NCBI GenBank assembly: GCA_963804085.1
Contig: CAWDOQ010000010.1
Coordinates: forward strand, 96,001-160,000
Source: Chlamydiia bacterium
Lineage (GTDB): Bacteria; Chlamydiota; Chlamydiia; Chlamydiales; Rhabdochlamydiaceae
Length of the DNA: 64,000 nt
Reading direction: 5' to 3'
In this document: positions 36,753-48,582 of the stretch, piece after piece
Layout of the letters: each line of letters opens with the position of its first letter
How positions within the stretch are numbered: position 1 is the first letter of the stretch
The notes under the pieces: generated by a model
The model's database searches: none
What the model saw: the letters and a program-made list of their open reading frames with translations, nothing else
Told to the model about the DNA's origin: nothing
Translations under genes and position numbers: made by a program

Positions 36753-38180
36753 TTAAAATAAAATGTTGCTGGAGAGGAGCCGCAAATTGTCTTCTTGGGC
36801 TGCAAAACTATTGTTGAAATTCAGGAAAATGCGCCTCTCCTTGGGGTCCAATAAAATAGTCTGAAAGGTTTCCTTGGATTGCGTATCTTGCAGCCCTTGA
36901 TGCAACCGAGCAAGGGGCTGGTCCGGATCTTTAGAGAGCATCACTTTCATAAGCCGGTCCATTCTTCCTTCGGTGTCCCAACCAAAACAGCCATCTTTTA
37001 TGGGTTTAAAATCACGATCGTGGAAATGGTTGGTCACAGCAAAAAAATTCTCGGCGTTCAGGGATCTTTCATTCACGGATGTCTCGTCTGAAAGCTGCAT
37101 CTCAAACACAGCGGCTTCGTTTGGGTCGGCCACTGTCAAGATGTGGGAGCCGGCAGGAGAAGTGGTGTGGACAAGAGCACGCACCATTTCCATCGAATCG
37201 GAGCTCTCTAGAATCTTTCTATGCCAAAGGTTGTACGGCATCCCCTTCTCTTTAAAATTCCATCCGGCTTCGTTTACGACTGTGACAACTCCTCGATCGT
37301 TCATCCCTGTCAAACAGCCGATAGCACCTGCACAACCGACGATCGCAGTCTTCTGTTTTCCAGGAAGGCTACGCAAAATAAGCAAGCTGTTTTTTCCCAC
37401 CACTCCCAAACCTTCCCAATCCAGATTGCGTCCGACATAGATATTCTCATTTTCAAGACAGGCAGCCGTGCTGCAACCGAGCACCGCATGTTTCAAGTAG
37501 CAAGGCTGAGGCGTGGCTTTGGCAATATCTAAAAATGCGTGCCAGACCATCACATCTTCTACCGTGAGCCTTTGTGAAGAGAAGTAGAGGCCCAATTCTT
37601 TCTCATGCTCCTCTAACCAGCGATTGTACCCTTCTGCGAGTCCCTCCATTTCCAAACGGTACTCTTGAGGGATGCTCACCTCATCGAGCGACTCTTTGAA
37701 ATAAGTTTCTGCACAAAGGCTTGCAGAGACTACAGGCAGGGCAACCGAGATATACTTTTTCCAAATTTCTTGAATATTTTTGCCAGCGAGATAGCCATGG
37801 ACAAAGCCCGACTTTTTCGGGTCTGTGCTGCTGATCTCCAAAATCGGCACATCGTTATGGTAGTAGAGCCTGCCCCCTTCGCACGCCTTCTCCGTAAAAA
37901 CATGCTCGCTCATCGGATGATCAGGAGGAGAGCAAAAGATATTTAAGATGTGGCTATACTCTGATACCAGAGGGGCTGCGACAAGACACATAGCGGCAAG
38001 GGAGACAACTCCTGCGAGGACGGCACCTTTTACTAAAAGCGTGATACCTAAAACAGCAAAAGCTACTGTGGCGATAGTCAAAAGAAGGGGATAGTCGAGC
38101 GCGAGTTCTTTAGCCTGATTCCATACACAGGTGATAAGATCGGGCGATGCTGCTATAACTGCTTGCGAAGAAGTGGCCAC
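36753..38180 (-). CDS. C45/NAAA-like Ntn-hydrolase (acid ceramidase/acyltransferase family) with N-terminal TM hairpin
   Basis: EMEGLAEG, G-CST autocleavage site, GRNLDW, TGMN..G, TNHF. Confidence 0.8.
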   Translation of the reverse strand: MATSSQAVIAASPDLITCVWNQAKELALDYPLLLTIATVAFAVLGITLLVKGAVLAGVVSLAAMCLVAAPLVSEYSHILNIFCSPPDHPMSEHVFTEKACEGGRLYYHNDVPILEISSTDPKKSGFVHGYLAGKNIQEIWKKYISVALPVVSASLCAETYFKESLDEVSIPQEYRLEMEGLAEGYNRWLEEHEKELGLYFSSQRLTVEDVMVWHAFLDIAKATPQPCYLKHAVLGCSTAACLENENIYVGRNLDWEGLGVVGKNSLLILRSLPGKQKTAIVGCAGAIGCLTGMNDRGVVTVVNEAGWNFKEKGMPYNLWHRKILESSDSMEMVRALVHTTSPAGSHILTVADPNEAAVFEMQLSDETSVNERSLNAENFFAVTNHFHDRDFKPIKDGCFGWDTEGRMDRLMKVMLSKDPDQPLARLHQGLQDTQSKETFQTILLDPKERRIFLNFNNSFAAQEDNLRLLSSNILF

Positions 38181-38269
38181 GGAAACCTTACGTAAAAATG
38201 AAGGAGTTCAATTTTATTAAATTCATCAAATTTTTGCAGCAAATTTAATGTTCAATTATAAGCATTGAT

Positions 38270-41200
38270 ATGGTCGATCAAAATATATCTGCGAAAACCA
38301 ATCGCGTACTAAACATTATTTTGCTCAGTCTCCTGCTCATTTTGGTCCGCGTCTGGTATCTAGGCGTGATACAACACGAAGAGCATCTCGTACTTGCAAG
38401 AAAGCCTCAAAGGCGCGTTGAGATCGAGCATGTCGATCGGGCGACGATCCGCGATAGGTTTAATATTCCGCTCGCATTAAACAAAATTCAATATAACGCT
38501 GCTGTCTGCTACGCAGAGATCCGCCAAATTCCCAGCGTGCAATGGAAAAAAGATGAAAAAGGCAAGTCGGTACGTGTGCAGGCGCGCTCCGAATATATCC
38601 GCAAACTCTCCGAAATACTGGCGCATGAACTTGCGATGGATGCCTCGCGCATCGAAGACACAATCCATGGTAAAGCCTCCCTTTTTCCTCACACACCCTT
38701 CGTGATCAAAGAGGATATCTCGGAGGAGGTCTACTACCGACTCAGGATGATGCTCAAAGATTGGGTGGGAATCGAGCCGCAGCGCACCACTAAACGCTTC
38801 TACCCGCAAGGAAAAACTGGGGCAGACATTATCGGCTACCTGGGGGCGATCAGTCAAAAAGAGTATTGGGCGATTGCGCAAGAGATGAAGGAGCTGCAAG
38901 GCTACATCGAACAGCGTGAGGCGGGCGATCTCGTTCCCCTGCCCAAAGGCTATAAAACGCCTCTGGAAGTGCGCGAGAGACTCAAGCAGCTCCAAGAAAG
39001 AGCCTACACAATCAACGACCTCGTTGGAAAAAGCGGCGTCGAAAGCATGTTCGACGAACAGCTGCGCGGCTTTTATGGCAAGAAGATGGTAGAGGTCGAC
39101 GTTAAGGGCAACTTTTTGCGCGAACTTCCAGGCTCCAGAAAATCTATGAGCGGACAGCGGATCCTGCTCACCCTCTCCTCAGAATTGCAAGAGTTTGCCG
39201 AATCCCTCCTTATTCAAAATGAGGTCTTGCGCGATAAGCACGACAGCGAAGGCAAGTTTAAATTCGACCATCCTTGGATTAAAGGAGGCGCCATCGTCGC
39301 ACTGGTCCCAAAAACAGGGGAGGTGGTGGCTCTTGCCTCCTATCCACGTATCGACAGCAACGACTTTATCCCCTCTCACGATCCTGATCTGCAAAAAAAG
39401 AAACGCTCATCCGTCATCCGTTATTTAGAAAACGAAGCCTACGTTGCAGAGCTCTGGGATGGCAAGCGCTCACTTGAGCGCGAAGTGAAGACAAAAGAGA
39501 GCGGGTATAGCGAAGAGAAGCTCCCTCTAACGTGGGAGCGTTACTTGGAGTGTATCTTACCCGCCACGGGCAGCATCAAAACCGGATTGAATCAAGTAGG
39601 AAATCTAAAGACAGCCGTCCGGCTCCAAAAAGAGGCCGAAGATCTTCTCCTATTATCCGGGCAGAGCAGCATGCGCACACTGTTCGACGTTCTTTACAGC
39701 GAACAAGAGCATGTCCTAACAGGTAATGTAAATCCTTACGAAAAAGAGGCGATGCAGCTTGCTGCGCACTCTCCTCACAAAAAATATCTGGACCGGTTTC
39801 TCTCCTCTATTCGCTATAACGATGATAAAGTTTTATTAATCGATCTATGCCAGCTGATCGCAAAAAAAGAGGATTTTTCTGATGAGCTACTAGCCGCAAT
39901 AGGCCATTTGGACTTCTCCTCCTATCGCACGCTCACTCAGGCCGCAGTCTCTTTGCAATCCATGCTGCGCCCGCACGTGCAAGAGCTCTTTCACAACCAG
40001 AACTTCGCAGAGTGGCGCAAGACCCATTTTAAAGAGTTTCTCAAAGAAAAGAGACGCGAAGAAAAAGAGAAGAAGCAGTATGCCCGCCCCTACACGGAGT
40101 ATCTGGAACTTCTAGAAAAGCAGATGTTCAAAGCCTTTTGGCAAGAAAATCGGATGGCGCTTGTCTACACCTTTATTCTAGATAAAAGCCTACCCAACAA
40201 CTCTTTACCAGAGCCCTACGTTGCTCTGCTCACTAGGTTGAAAGAGAAGTGCAAAAAAGAGCTCGCTCACTCTTTAGATAAATTAAAAAGCTCGCTCGCC
40301 CCTCTCTCTTCTGATCTTGCACTCTCTTATCTCAAGACGATGCGCTCCTTTGAAGAGCTCTCTCGCCCTCTTTATGGCAAGTACCGCTCCCTTCGTCACA
40401 CCAAAGGTGCCCACATAGAGAAGCACCTTGCATCTGCGTTCTACCCTTTGTGCGGCTTCAGTTATGGCAGGTCGCAGACCTACCGCCAATCCGCTCCTCA
40501 AGGTTCGGTATTTAAGCTTGTCACCGCTTATGCAGCTCTTCAAGAGCGCTACCATATGCTTATGGAGCAAAAGCGCTCTCTGAGTCAGCTCAATCCTCTT
40601 ACGCTTATCGATGATTTGAAAGGGGGTAAAAAAATCAATTCCAACTCTCAGATATTAGGTTACACACTCGATGGCCAGCCCCTTACACGCCTCTTCAAAG
40701 GAGGGCGCTTACCTCGTAGTAGCCACTCGAATATCGGACGCATCGACATCGTGGGCGCGCTCGAACAGTCGAGCAACCTCTACTTTGCCCTATAGCAGGC
40801 GAACACCTTGAAAAACCACAAACTTTGAGCCAAACCGCTCGACTCCTCGGCTTTGGACAGCTTACCGGCATCGACCTTCCTTTGGAGACGCGAGGAAACG
40901 TCCCCGATGACATCTCTTATAACCGGACAGGCCTCTACTCTTTTGCAATAGGCCAGCACTCCCTTATCGTCTCTCCCCTACAGACTGCGATGATGGTCTC
41001 CTCTTTAGTCAACAACGGCAAGGTACTGAAGCCACAAATTATCAAAGTGATGGCAGGAAAAGAGCTCTCGCAAGAAGAAGAGGTTCTCTTCTCCTCGCCT
41101 ATCTTCCCTTTCCAAGAAGAGCTTGCGCGCATCGGCATCTCCTATCCTCTTTTTACACAGACACTATCCGAGCATATGCAAAGCCGCGTCTTTGTCCCTC

Positions 41201-41661
41201 CCACAGAGGTCCAGCGAGAGTTCTTCTTTCCTGAGGAGATCAAGAGCATAATGATGGAAGGTATGCATAAAGTGATCGCAGGCTCCAAAGGAACAGCACG
41301 TCCTGACGCGATACGCTATCTCGTAAATAACTCTAAAGAGATGCAGGACTATAACGAGCTCCAGCATCAAGTAATCGGTAAAACCGGCACCGCCGAGATC
41401 CTCTACAAACACACGATCGACCGAGAGAGCGAAGCCAATATGACCACGCACGTCTGGTTTGCCGGCGCCTCTTTTAACTCCTCATCATTGGAAGAGCCCG
41501 AACTTGTCGTCGTAGTCTTCCTCCGCTTCGGAGAAAGAGGAGGTAAAGAGGGCGCCCCCATCGCCATGCAAATCATCAAAAAATGGCGCGAGATCTGCGC
41601 TAAATATTGTAATAACGAAGGTCAGCAGGATAACAAGCCGCCAAGCCGAGTTTCTCGATGA
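38270..41661 (+). pseudogene. pbp2: Chlamydial penicillin-binding protein 2, split by a frameshift at ~40793
   Basis: RATIRDRFN, VGKSGVE, GS.FK (SxxK), SSN, KTGTAE. The frame-2 continuation AGEHLEKP follows YFAL directly. Confidence 0.88.
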
Positions 41662-42565
41662 AGGCGACATGGTCTTGGACTTTGAGAATGCGATCTGAGG
41701 AATGCCCAACCGTCAAGTACCAAGCCCCATCCCGTGTGGGATCGCGTGTCCGTGTGAAGGTGCGGACAGGAAAGAGGAAGATCTTATGGAGTGCATAATG
41801 AGCCACTGTGCTTATCACTATCCAGAGCGCCTTTCCCAGCTTTTGAGGGTAATCTCTCTCTATTTCGGCTTGCTCCCTATTTATGCTCGCCGGCTCCAGC
41901 TCTTTTTGCATCCACACCCAGAAGGATTTCTCCACAGGTTCCGTTCCATATTTTTCTGTATCCCATCCACTAACCAAAAATCCCACGTCGACATAAAGTC
42001 TTATGCCGACCTTCTTTGCAAGCGGCGCAAAGGTGTTAAAGCAAAGAGGCGCGCCATTTACGGTTTTGGGGATGAGCGTGAGGGTATGCGTTTTGCCCAG
42101 TTTTGCAACTTGGTCTTTGATATTAGCGGGAAGGGGCGGTGTGGGGCCTGCCTTGCCAAAGTGCTTTTTCCACTCGCTTGGTCCAAAGGCCATCTCAGGA
42201 ATTTCTGTAAACAGATCTTTAAATCGGCCGCCTTCAGGCGCCACTGTCACACCATAATTGGCACATTGGGCTTGCCAGACCTTGTTTATCTTCCAAGATT
42301 TGGCGACTCTTTCGCATCTTGCTACCTCTTCCGGTTCCAGGTAGCGAATCATGTGACAGAAACAGTTTTGGTTACGAAGGGCGAGATCGCATTTGCTCTC
42401 AGCATTTGTTGTCCAAGAAAAGAGCTGGCTGGCTAAGTCACAGATCCAGGCATAGATGGTGCACCAAATGGAAGCTATGCGTTCTAATAATTTTGTGTAG
42501 CAAGGCAGCTCTTGCACAAGAGCAGGAGTGCTGCTTTTAGAATTTAAAGTTACTGCTTGCGCCAT
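41600..42565 (-). CDS. F-box-like protein (putative effector)
   Basis: HMIRYLEPEEVARCERVAKSW F-box-like motif; AFG..EW..HFG...P.PPLP...THTLTLIPKTVNG.P as seen in chlamydial F-box proteins. Confidence 0.65.
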   Translation of the reverse strand: MAQAVTLNSKSSTPALVQELPCYTKLLERIASIWCTIYAWICDLASQLFSWTTNAESKCDLALRNQNCFCHMIRYLEPEEVARCERVAKSWKINKVWQAQCANYGVTVAPEGGRFKDLFTEIPEMAFGPSEWKKHFGKAGPTPPLPANIKDQVAKLGKTHTLTLIPKTVNGAPLCFNTFAPLAKKVGIRLYVDVGFLVSGWDTEKYGTEPVEKSFWVWMQKELEPASINREQAEIERDYPQKLGKALWIVISTVAHYALHKIFLFPVRTFTRTRDPTRDGAWYLTVGHSSDRILKVQDHVAFIEKLGLAACYPADLRYYNI

Positions 42566-42634
42566 AGAGCAACGATTCTATCAGTTAAGCCAATAAAAGG
42601 TAAGGCAGATTCTGCGCCAAATATACACGTTGAT

Positions 42635-42647
42635 TATCAACGACTTG
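42635..42647 (+). promoter_or_regulatory. IHF-consensus site (WATCAANNNNTTR)
   Basis: TATCAACGACTTG is an exact match. Confidence 0.45.
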
Positions 42648-42705
42648 CATAAAATTGCCTTGTAAAATATGCGCCTGCTGCATAAAATTGCCTTGTAAAA
42701 TATGC
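42646..42705. repeat. Perfect 27-bp direct repeat, two copies
   Basis: TGCATAAAATTGCCTTGTAAAATATGC at 42646-42672 and 42679-42705. Confidence 0.9.
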
Positions 42706-42727
42706 AAACATTGAATACTTTAGGGTC

Positions 42728-44053
42728 ATGAAAAGAGATATTGAAAAGGACTTGGAACGCTGGAAAAACCAGCACGGACGCATGCCCCTTCTTTTAAGAG
42801 GGGCTAGACAAGTTGGGAAAAGCTTCATTGTAGAAAAATTTGGAAAAGAACGGTTCGAAAATTGTGTCTCCATTAATTTTGAAAAAGATCCAGAATATGC
42901 ACGCTGCTTTGACACTTTTGATCCAATAAAAATTGTCAATGCCATCGAACTACTGAAACGTGCGAGCATCCATCCAGGAAAAACGCTCCTATTTCTCGAT
43001 GAAATTCAAGAATGTCCAAGGGCCATCCAAGCGCTTCGTTATTTTAAAGAAGAGATGCCGGAGCTGCATGTCATCGGGGCCGGCTCTCTTTTAGAATTTG
43101 TTTTAAATGATGCTGAATTTCGGATGCCGGTAGGACGCATCCAATTTTTGCATTTAAGACCCCTTTCTTTTGGAGAATATCTAGATGCTTCTGGTGATGA
43201 AAAACTACGCAAGCACTTAGAGACCGTTTCTCTAAATAATCCTCTTCAAGGGGTAATCCATCAAGCTCTCTACGTAAGAATAAGAGAATATCTTGCTTTG
43301 GGGGGTATGCCGGCCGTAGTAAGAGAATATCTAGAGACAAAGAACTTCTTGCGTTGCCAAGAGATCCAAACCGCTATTTTGACTACGTTTCGCAATGACT
43401 TTGGAAAATATGCAAAGCATACGCAACATAAATACTTACAGGCGATTTTTGCAAGAGCACCAGGCTTGATTGCACAATGGTTTAAATATTCCAAACTCGA
43501 CCCAGATACCCCTGCTCGGACTTTGAAAAATGCTCTGGATAAATTACGCGATGCTGGATTGATAATCCTCGTACATGCCACTTCAGGTGTCGGATTACCA
43601 TTGAATACTCATGAGAACCCAAAAAAATTTAAACTCCTTTTTCTAGATGTAGGATTAGTCAAACGAGCATGCAATTTAGATCTCGAAGTGCTGTTTAAGA
43701 ATGATCTTATGCTCATTAATGAGGGCGCACTTGCAGAACAATTTGTGGGGCAAGAGCTGCTTGCATATCTTGGAAAAGAGGATATGAATACGCTATTTTT
43801 TTGGATACGCGAAGAAAAAAACAGCAGCGCAGAGGTAGATTATCTAGCAGCCATTGGATCGCAAGTTATTCCAATCGAAGTAAAAGCTGGAGCCATTGGC
43901 TCTCTTCGTTCTCTTAAACTCTTCATCGAAGAAAAAAAGGCGGCTTTTGGAGTGCGCATTTCGCAGCTTCCTCTCTCCTATTCCGATCAGGTTCTCTCTA
44001 TTCCTTTTTACTTAATCGAACAATTACCGCGATTAATTAAATCTCTAAAATAG
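42728..44053 (+). CDS. AAA_14 ATPase with DUF4143 C-terminal domain
   Basis: [30 protein letters not shown]...IPIEVKAG. Confidence 0.9.
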   Translation: MKRDIEKDLERWKNQHGRMPLLLRGARQVGKSFIVEKFGKERFENCVSINFEKDPEYARCFDTFDPIKIVNAIELLKRASIHPGKTLLFLDEIQECPRAIQALRYFKEEMPELHVIGAGSLLEFVLNDAEFRMPVGRIQFLHLRPLSFGEYLDASGDEKLRKHLETVSLNNPLQGVIHQALYVRIREYLALGGMPAVVREYLETKNFLRCQEIQTAILTTFRNDFGKYAKHTQHKYLQAIFARAPGLIAQWFKYSKLDPDTPARTLKNALDKLRDAGLIILVHATSGVGLPLNTHENPKKFKLLFLDVGLVKRACNLDLEVLFKNDLMLINEGALAEQFVGQELLAYLGKEDMNTLFFWIREEKNSSAEVDYLAAIGSQVIPIEVKAGAIGSLRSLKLFIEEKKAAFGVRISQLPLSYSDQVLSIPFYLIEQLPRLIKSLK

Positions 44054-44979
44054 GCAACAGTGGCCTGCAGGCCGGTGGCGAGGTCGACTTGCGGGCGCCA
44101 GTCGAGCAGCTTGTGGGCAAGAGCAATGTCAGGCTTTCTTTGTTTAGGATCGTCGCTGGGTAAGGGCTTGAAGACGAGTTTTGAGTTGGATTTTGTCTGT
44201 TTGAGAACCTCTTGGGCAAGGTCGAGCATCGAAAACTCTACAGGGTTGCCTAAGTTAATAGGCCCTGTAATAGAGCCGCTTGTGTGCATGAGCCGCACGA
44301 TGCCATCGATCAGATCCGAGACAAAGCAAAAGGATCTGGTCTGTTTGCCATCTCCATAAATCGTGATGGGAGCATTTTGGAGCGCTTGCACGATAAAATT
44401 GGAGACGACGCGTCCGTCATTGGGATGCATGCGTGGGCCGTAGGTGTTGAATATGCGCGCCACTTTGATCGGAATGCCATACTGGCGGAAGTAGTCGAAA
44501 AAGAGGGTTTCTGCGCAACGTTTTCCCTCATCGTAGCAGGAGCGTAATCCGATCGGATTGACATTACCCCAATAGCTCTCTTTTTGAGGGTGTTCATGCG
44601 GGTCTCCATACACCTCGCTTGTAGAGGCTTGAAAGATCTTCGCTTTCATCTCTTTGGCAAGTTCAAGCATATTGATCGCGCCGTGAACATTGGTGCGAAT
44701 CGTCTTTACCGGATCGTGCTGGTAATGGATGGGAGAAGCAGGGCAGGCTAAATTATAGATCTCGCCTGCCTTCTCCTTCAAATTTAGAGGCTCGCATATG
44801 TCATGTTCGATAAATGAAAAAGAGGGGTTGTTCAGAAGCGCGCGAATGTTCTCTTCACTGCCTGTGAAAAGATTGTCAACACAGATCACCTGATTTCCAA
44901 GCTCCAGCAGCTTCTCACAGAGATGAGAGCCTAAAAAGCCTGCACCGCCTGTAACTAGAATCTTCTTCTTATTCTTCAT
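44008..44979 (-). CDS. uxs: UDP-glucuronate decarboxylase (UDP-xylose synthase)
   Basis: [43 protein letters not shown]. Confidence 0.93.
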   Translation of the reverse strand: MKNKKKILVTGGAGFLGSHLCEKLLELGNQVICVDNLFTGSEENIRALLNNPSFSFIEHDICEPLNLKEKAGEIYNLACPASPIHYQHDPVKTIRTNVHGAINMLELAKEMKAKIFQASTSEVYGDPHEHPQKESYWGNVNPIGLRSCYDEGKRCAETLFFDYFRQYGIPIKVARIFNTYGPRMHPNDGRVVSNFIVQALQNAPITIYGDGKQTRSFCFVSDLIDGIVRLMHTSGSITGPINLGNPVEFSMLDLAQEVLKQTKSNSKLVFKPLPSDDPKQRKPDIALAHKLLDWRPQVDLATGLQATVAYFRDLINRGNCSIK

Positions 44980-47494
44980 ACGATACAAACAAAGCGCGCT
45001 TGCTTTCGATATAGGGTTTTAGGTCTTCTAATCGTTCATGATTTGCGGTCACAACAAGAGTGTCAGCGAGTTTTAAATAAAGATGCCCCTCGCTAAATGC
45101 AGGTCTTGCCGAACTAAATAAAAGTAGAACGTCGTAATTTTTTGTCTCTTCTTCTAGAAGTTTTGTAAATGCCGGACGAGCTAACAGCTCCGTTGCATGA
45201 CGACTTGAGCCACCCGTCGGCAAAAAGTCGTAATGTTCGCGTTTACGGATAGGAGCACTCCCTTGACTTCCTTCTAAAAAGTGGTAAAGACCGGGAACAT
45301 TTTCTTGAGTGGTTATCGCATCAAATGCGCACTGTATGAGCAGCACTTTTTTTCCTTGCAGCGCAAGAAGCTTGGCTAAATTGTGCGAGTAATCGGGAGA
45401 AGTGCCTGCCACCAGTGCTACTCTCTCTTTTTTCTTATGTTCCAGATAGGAATCTATACGCCTTAATGTCTCCAGATCTCTATCGTTTAGCTCTTTAAAA
45501 GAGACGTGTGAAAAAGAGGAGAGAGAGCCGCATACCGGCAACTTGTTCGCTTGCATGCTCTCGAGTGTTAGAGGAAGACCGCGTAAAAGACCGCGCCCCA
45601 AATGGAATGCAAAAAGTGAGCTGCCGCTGAAAAATGCTACAAGCATTGAGAAGAGGCATAAATGTGGAGGCATGGGTGCAAGTGGCGCCATGGCTTTATC
45701 CAGAGGCTTGGAGTCGACATGAAAGAGTTGGAAATGGAGATTTTTTGATTCCACTAGCTGGCTAATTCCTTCGACAATCCCCATGCAGAGCTCTTTTTTA
45801 AACTGGAGCTGATTTTCCAAACGCCACTTATCTGGAAGGTTGCCCATACGTGCGCTCAAATCTTTGAGCTTTTCTTTGATAAGCGTCTTTTCGTTTTCGA
45901 TCAGATCTACGCAGACTCTCTGCAAAGAAGCGATCTTATCGTCTATTAGTTTCTCCTTCTCTTTGTTGAGCTCCACCGTCTGATCGATATGTTGAACAAG
46001 AAAGTTCTTCTGCGTTGTAAGCCCCTCTTTTAGTCTCTCCTGCTCTCTAAGACTGTGGTTCTGTTTATCGTGCAACATGAGAGAGAGTTCAGATGCTTTC
46101 TCTACCATTTTCTGACTCACTGCATCGGTCAAAAGCGAGGAGAGTGAGCTGAGCTCAAACGTAGGTTCATGGATCTGATCGCGCAAGAAAAGCAGCTGAC
46201 GGATTTGACTCTGGATAGCGTCAAGGCTGTTGTTGTACTGGACGTAGAGGTTTTGCGCTGTCTCTAAATTGATCCCTTGCAGATCGTTTTTAAGATCGGC
46301 TCGAGCTTCACGAACCGGAGAAAAAAGGGCAGCTCTGACATCTAATGCTGTCAGCCTATTCTGCAAAAGATGCTGCTGAGCCTCAAAGGGAGATTGCTGT
46401 TCATCGAGAGACTCTTTTCTCTTTGCGAGATCTTGCGATCGGATCTCCTCTTGCTCCTTGTCATTGTCTGCAATCTTCTTCTCAAAGCGTTTGAGCTCCA
46501 GCTCCATATCGAAAAGCTTGCTCGTATAGGCCTGTTTGGGAATCGCTAGCATGTCGATCTCTTGCTTGAGGCCGACAAAGCCGCTCTCTCCTAAATTCTC
46601 TTGCAAGTAGTGGGTCTGCTCTTCGAGCGTGCGATCTAAATGTGCTGCTAGCTCCGTTTGTCTTTTTTCCAGATAGGCGAGCTGAGCATCTGCAAGCTGC
46701 TCATTCTCTTCTTTTAAATGACGCACATAGACTGTCATGAGCTGATTGAGAAAGAGTGCAGAGAGATGCCGATCCGTGTGCACAAACGTCATCTGAAGGA
46801 CATTCTTATCCTGTTTGATCGGCTTGATCTGGAGCTTACGCAAAAAAGATTGCACAAGAGGCTGCCAAGGAGAGATCTGGAGCGAGTAGAGTTTTTTATA
46901 GGAGATGTTTTTGGGTGTTTTTACAAGAGAAAAACGAAGAGCTCCCAGCACAACCTTATCGCCTATTTGTGCGCACTTTATCTCCTCTTTTTTCGCATTA
47001 AAAACCTTATAACCACGACCTTCTTCAAACTGCAGAAAAAGCTTTTCAGCACGTTCTCCATCCAAGTGAACATCCTGAAAGACAAAATGGTCGCGATCAG
47101 AGGGCGAGATACCCATCTCCATCAGAAGGTTTCTCATGATTCTGGAAAATCCGCGCACAAGTACATTTTGCTCTTTTACTTGGGCCTGCAGTCCCAAATC
47201 TTCTACGACCGCGCGCACCATTTTCTGCGAGAGCATCAGCGCAACCGCATTGGAATCCTGATCGATCAGGCCCGCAATTTTTAAAACATTATTCAAGTTG
47301 CCCGACTGGTCGATCTTGCCTGCAGATTGCTTGAAGGTAGCAGTCGCCGTATAGCGCACCTCCTTACAAATAAAAAAACAAAAGGCAAACAGCGCCGACA
47401 GCAGCGCGACCTTCACTAGCTGCGGCCGCAGCCGCCTAAAAAGCCGCACAAGATCCGAAAAAGAAAGAAAAACATCATTCTGGTTATTATTCAT
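44969..47494 (-). CDS. Wzc/GumC-like polysaccharide co-polymerase with degenerate kinase domain
   Basis: N-terminal TM, Y.A.ATF, long coiled coil, second TM, NLAKLLA..GKKVLLI...GL..FL, YD.LL. Coupled to wza by ATGA. Confidence 0.75.
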   Translation of the reverse strand: MNNNQNDVFLSFSDLVRLFRRLRPQLVKVALLSALFAFCFFICKEVRYTATATFKQSAGKIDQSGNLNNVLKIAGLIDQDSNAVALMLSQKMVRAVVEDLGLQAQVKEQNVLVRGFSRIMRNLLMEMGISPSDRDHFVFQDVHLDGERAEKLFLQFEEGRGYKVFNAKKEEIKCAQIGDKVVLGALRFSLVKTPKNISYKKLYSLQISPWQPLVQSFLRKLQIKPIKQDKNVLQMTFVHTDRHLSALFLNQLMTVYVRHLKEENEQLADAQLAYLEKRQTELAAHLDRTLEEQTHYLQENLGESGFVGLKQEIDMLAIPKQAYTSKLFDMELELKRFEKKIADNDKEQEEIRSQDLAKRKESLDEQQSPFEAQQHLLQNRLTALDVRAALFSPVREARADLKNDLQGINLETAQNLYVQYNNSLDAIQSQIRQLLFLRDQIHEPTFELSSLSSLLTDAVSQKMVEKASELSLMLHDKQNHSLREQERLKEGLTTQKNFLVQHIDQTVELNKEKEKLIDDKIASLQRVCVDLIENEKTLIKEKLKDLSARMGNLPDKWRLENQLQFKKELCMGIVEGISQLVESKNLHFQLFHVDSKPLDKAMAPLAPMPPHLCLFSMLVAFFSGSSLFAFHLGRGLLRGLPLTLESMQANKLPVCGSLSSFSHVSFKELNDRDLETLRRIDSYLEHKKKERVALVAGTSPDYSHNLAKLLALQGKKVLLIQCAFDAITTQENVPGLYHFLEGSQGSAPIRKREHYDFLPTGGSSRHATELLARPAFTKLLEEETKNYDVLLLFSSARPAFSEGHLYLKLADTLVVTANHERLEDLKPYIESKRALFVSYEE

Positions 47495-48543
47495 GGAGTG
47501 ACATTGACTCCTACGCCTTTGAGGCCTTTTGTGACTAGGTCTAGGCCGATGAATGTTGGGAGAAGCTGCGTGACAAAGCGGTTCCATTCGGTGATCGGCG
47601 TCGCTGCGACGTAGACGATATCGCCCGGGATGAGCAGCATACTATCTGACGGAAGATGGATCACCTGGCGCCAATTGAGCGTGTAGATCTTAGGATGCAA
47701 GATATTGCCGCGTATAATCTGGATGTATGACTTGTCGCCGCTGGGAGGAATACCGCCAGCTTCTGCGAGGGCTTGCCTTAGCGTCATAAAGCCGTTGGGA
47801 AGATCGACCACGCGCTCCTTTCCTACCTCGCCGAGCACCATGAGAGAGGAGGCAGACGTCTCTGCAATGTAAACCTTATCTCCGCCGCGCATCACCACAT
47901 TTTGCGACATATCTCCCTCTTTGATCAGTTTGTAGAGATCTACGGGTAAAAGTGAGTTATCGCGGATCACATAACTTTTAAAGAGGTTGGCTTGCGGCGG
48001 CACTTTTGCAACGGAGAGCGCTTCAAAAAGTCGGATTCTTCCGTCGACAGGAAGGGTAGACACCTGACATAACCCTGCAAGCTCCACCTTGCGCTGGATT
48101 CTGTCTTGATAAGCGAGGAAGATATCCACATCTTGGATCTCGTCACGGTATTTATCTCGGATCTTTTTGCGCGCCTCTTCCAACGAGAGCCCCTCCACGT
48201 TGATGGGCGCAAGATCGGGAAGATGGATCTGGCCCTGCACGACAGTGTAACCCACCATCTCTCCGATCCCTTGTACAGCTGCACCGATGTCGCTTCGCGT
48301 CGGATGGTAGACGGCAACTTTTAAAACGTCTCCTTCGTGGATCAGGTCGCTATATTCATCGAGAAGATCGGGCGAAAGAGTCCCGCTCTCCTTTCCTTCC
48401 ATCTGCAAAATGGAGAATTTACCCTCTTTAATTTTATAGGAGTCCATCACAAATTCATCTGCGCCGAGCACATCGCTTCCTCGATAGGGAGGATTAGTGC
48501 ACGCAGCAAGTGCTACGAGAAGAAACAACAGAAGAACTTTCAT
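47491..48543 (-). CDS. wza: Wza-family polysaccharide export lipoprotein
   Basis: Lipobox LAAC, GDVL.V.VY, G.I.LP, SLBB domains, PGDIVYV..PI..WNR. Confidence 0.85.
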   Translation of the reverse strand: MKVLLLFLLVALAACTNPPYRGSDVLGADEFVMDSYKIKEGKFSILQMEGKESGTLSPDLLDEYSDLIHEGDVLKVAVYHPTRSDIGAAVQGIGEMVGYTVVQGQIHLPDLAPINVEGLSLEEARKKIRDKYRDEIQDVDIFLAYQDRIQRKVELAGLCQVSTLPVDGRIRLFEALSVAKVPPQANLFKSYVIRDNSLLPVDLYKLIKEGDMSQNVVMRGGDKVYIAETSASSLMVLGEVGKERVVDLPNGFMTLRQALAEAGGIPPSGDKSYIQIIRGNILHPKIYTLNWRQVIHLPSDSMLLIPGDIVYVAATPITEWNRFVTQLLPTFIGLDLVTKGLKGVGVNVTP

Positions 48544-48582
48544 AGAATCCTTGCATCCATTAAAAAAGAAGGACCGGCACTT

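Noticed and set aside
40780-40830. Programmed frameshift in pbp2
   Set aside because: No slippery heptamer or obvious stimulatory structure; an indel is simpler.
41702-42436. 244-aa plus-strand ORF
   Set aside because: Fully antisense to the F-box gene, with no recognisable features.
42646-42705. 27-bp direct repeat as a mini CRISPR array
   Set aside because: Only two copies with a 6-nt gap, and no cas genes in the window.
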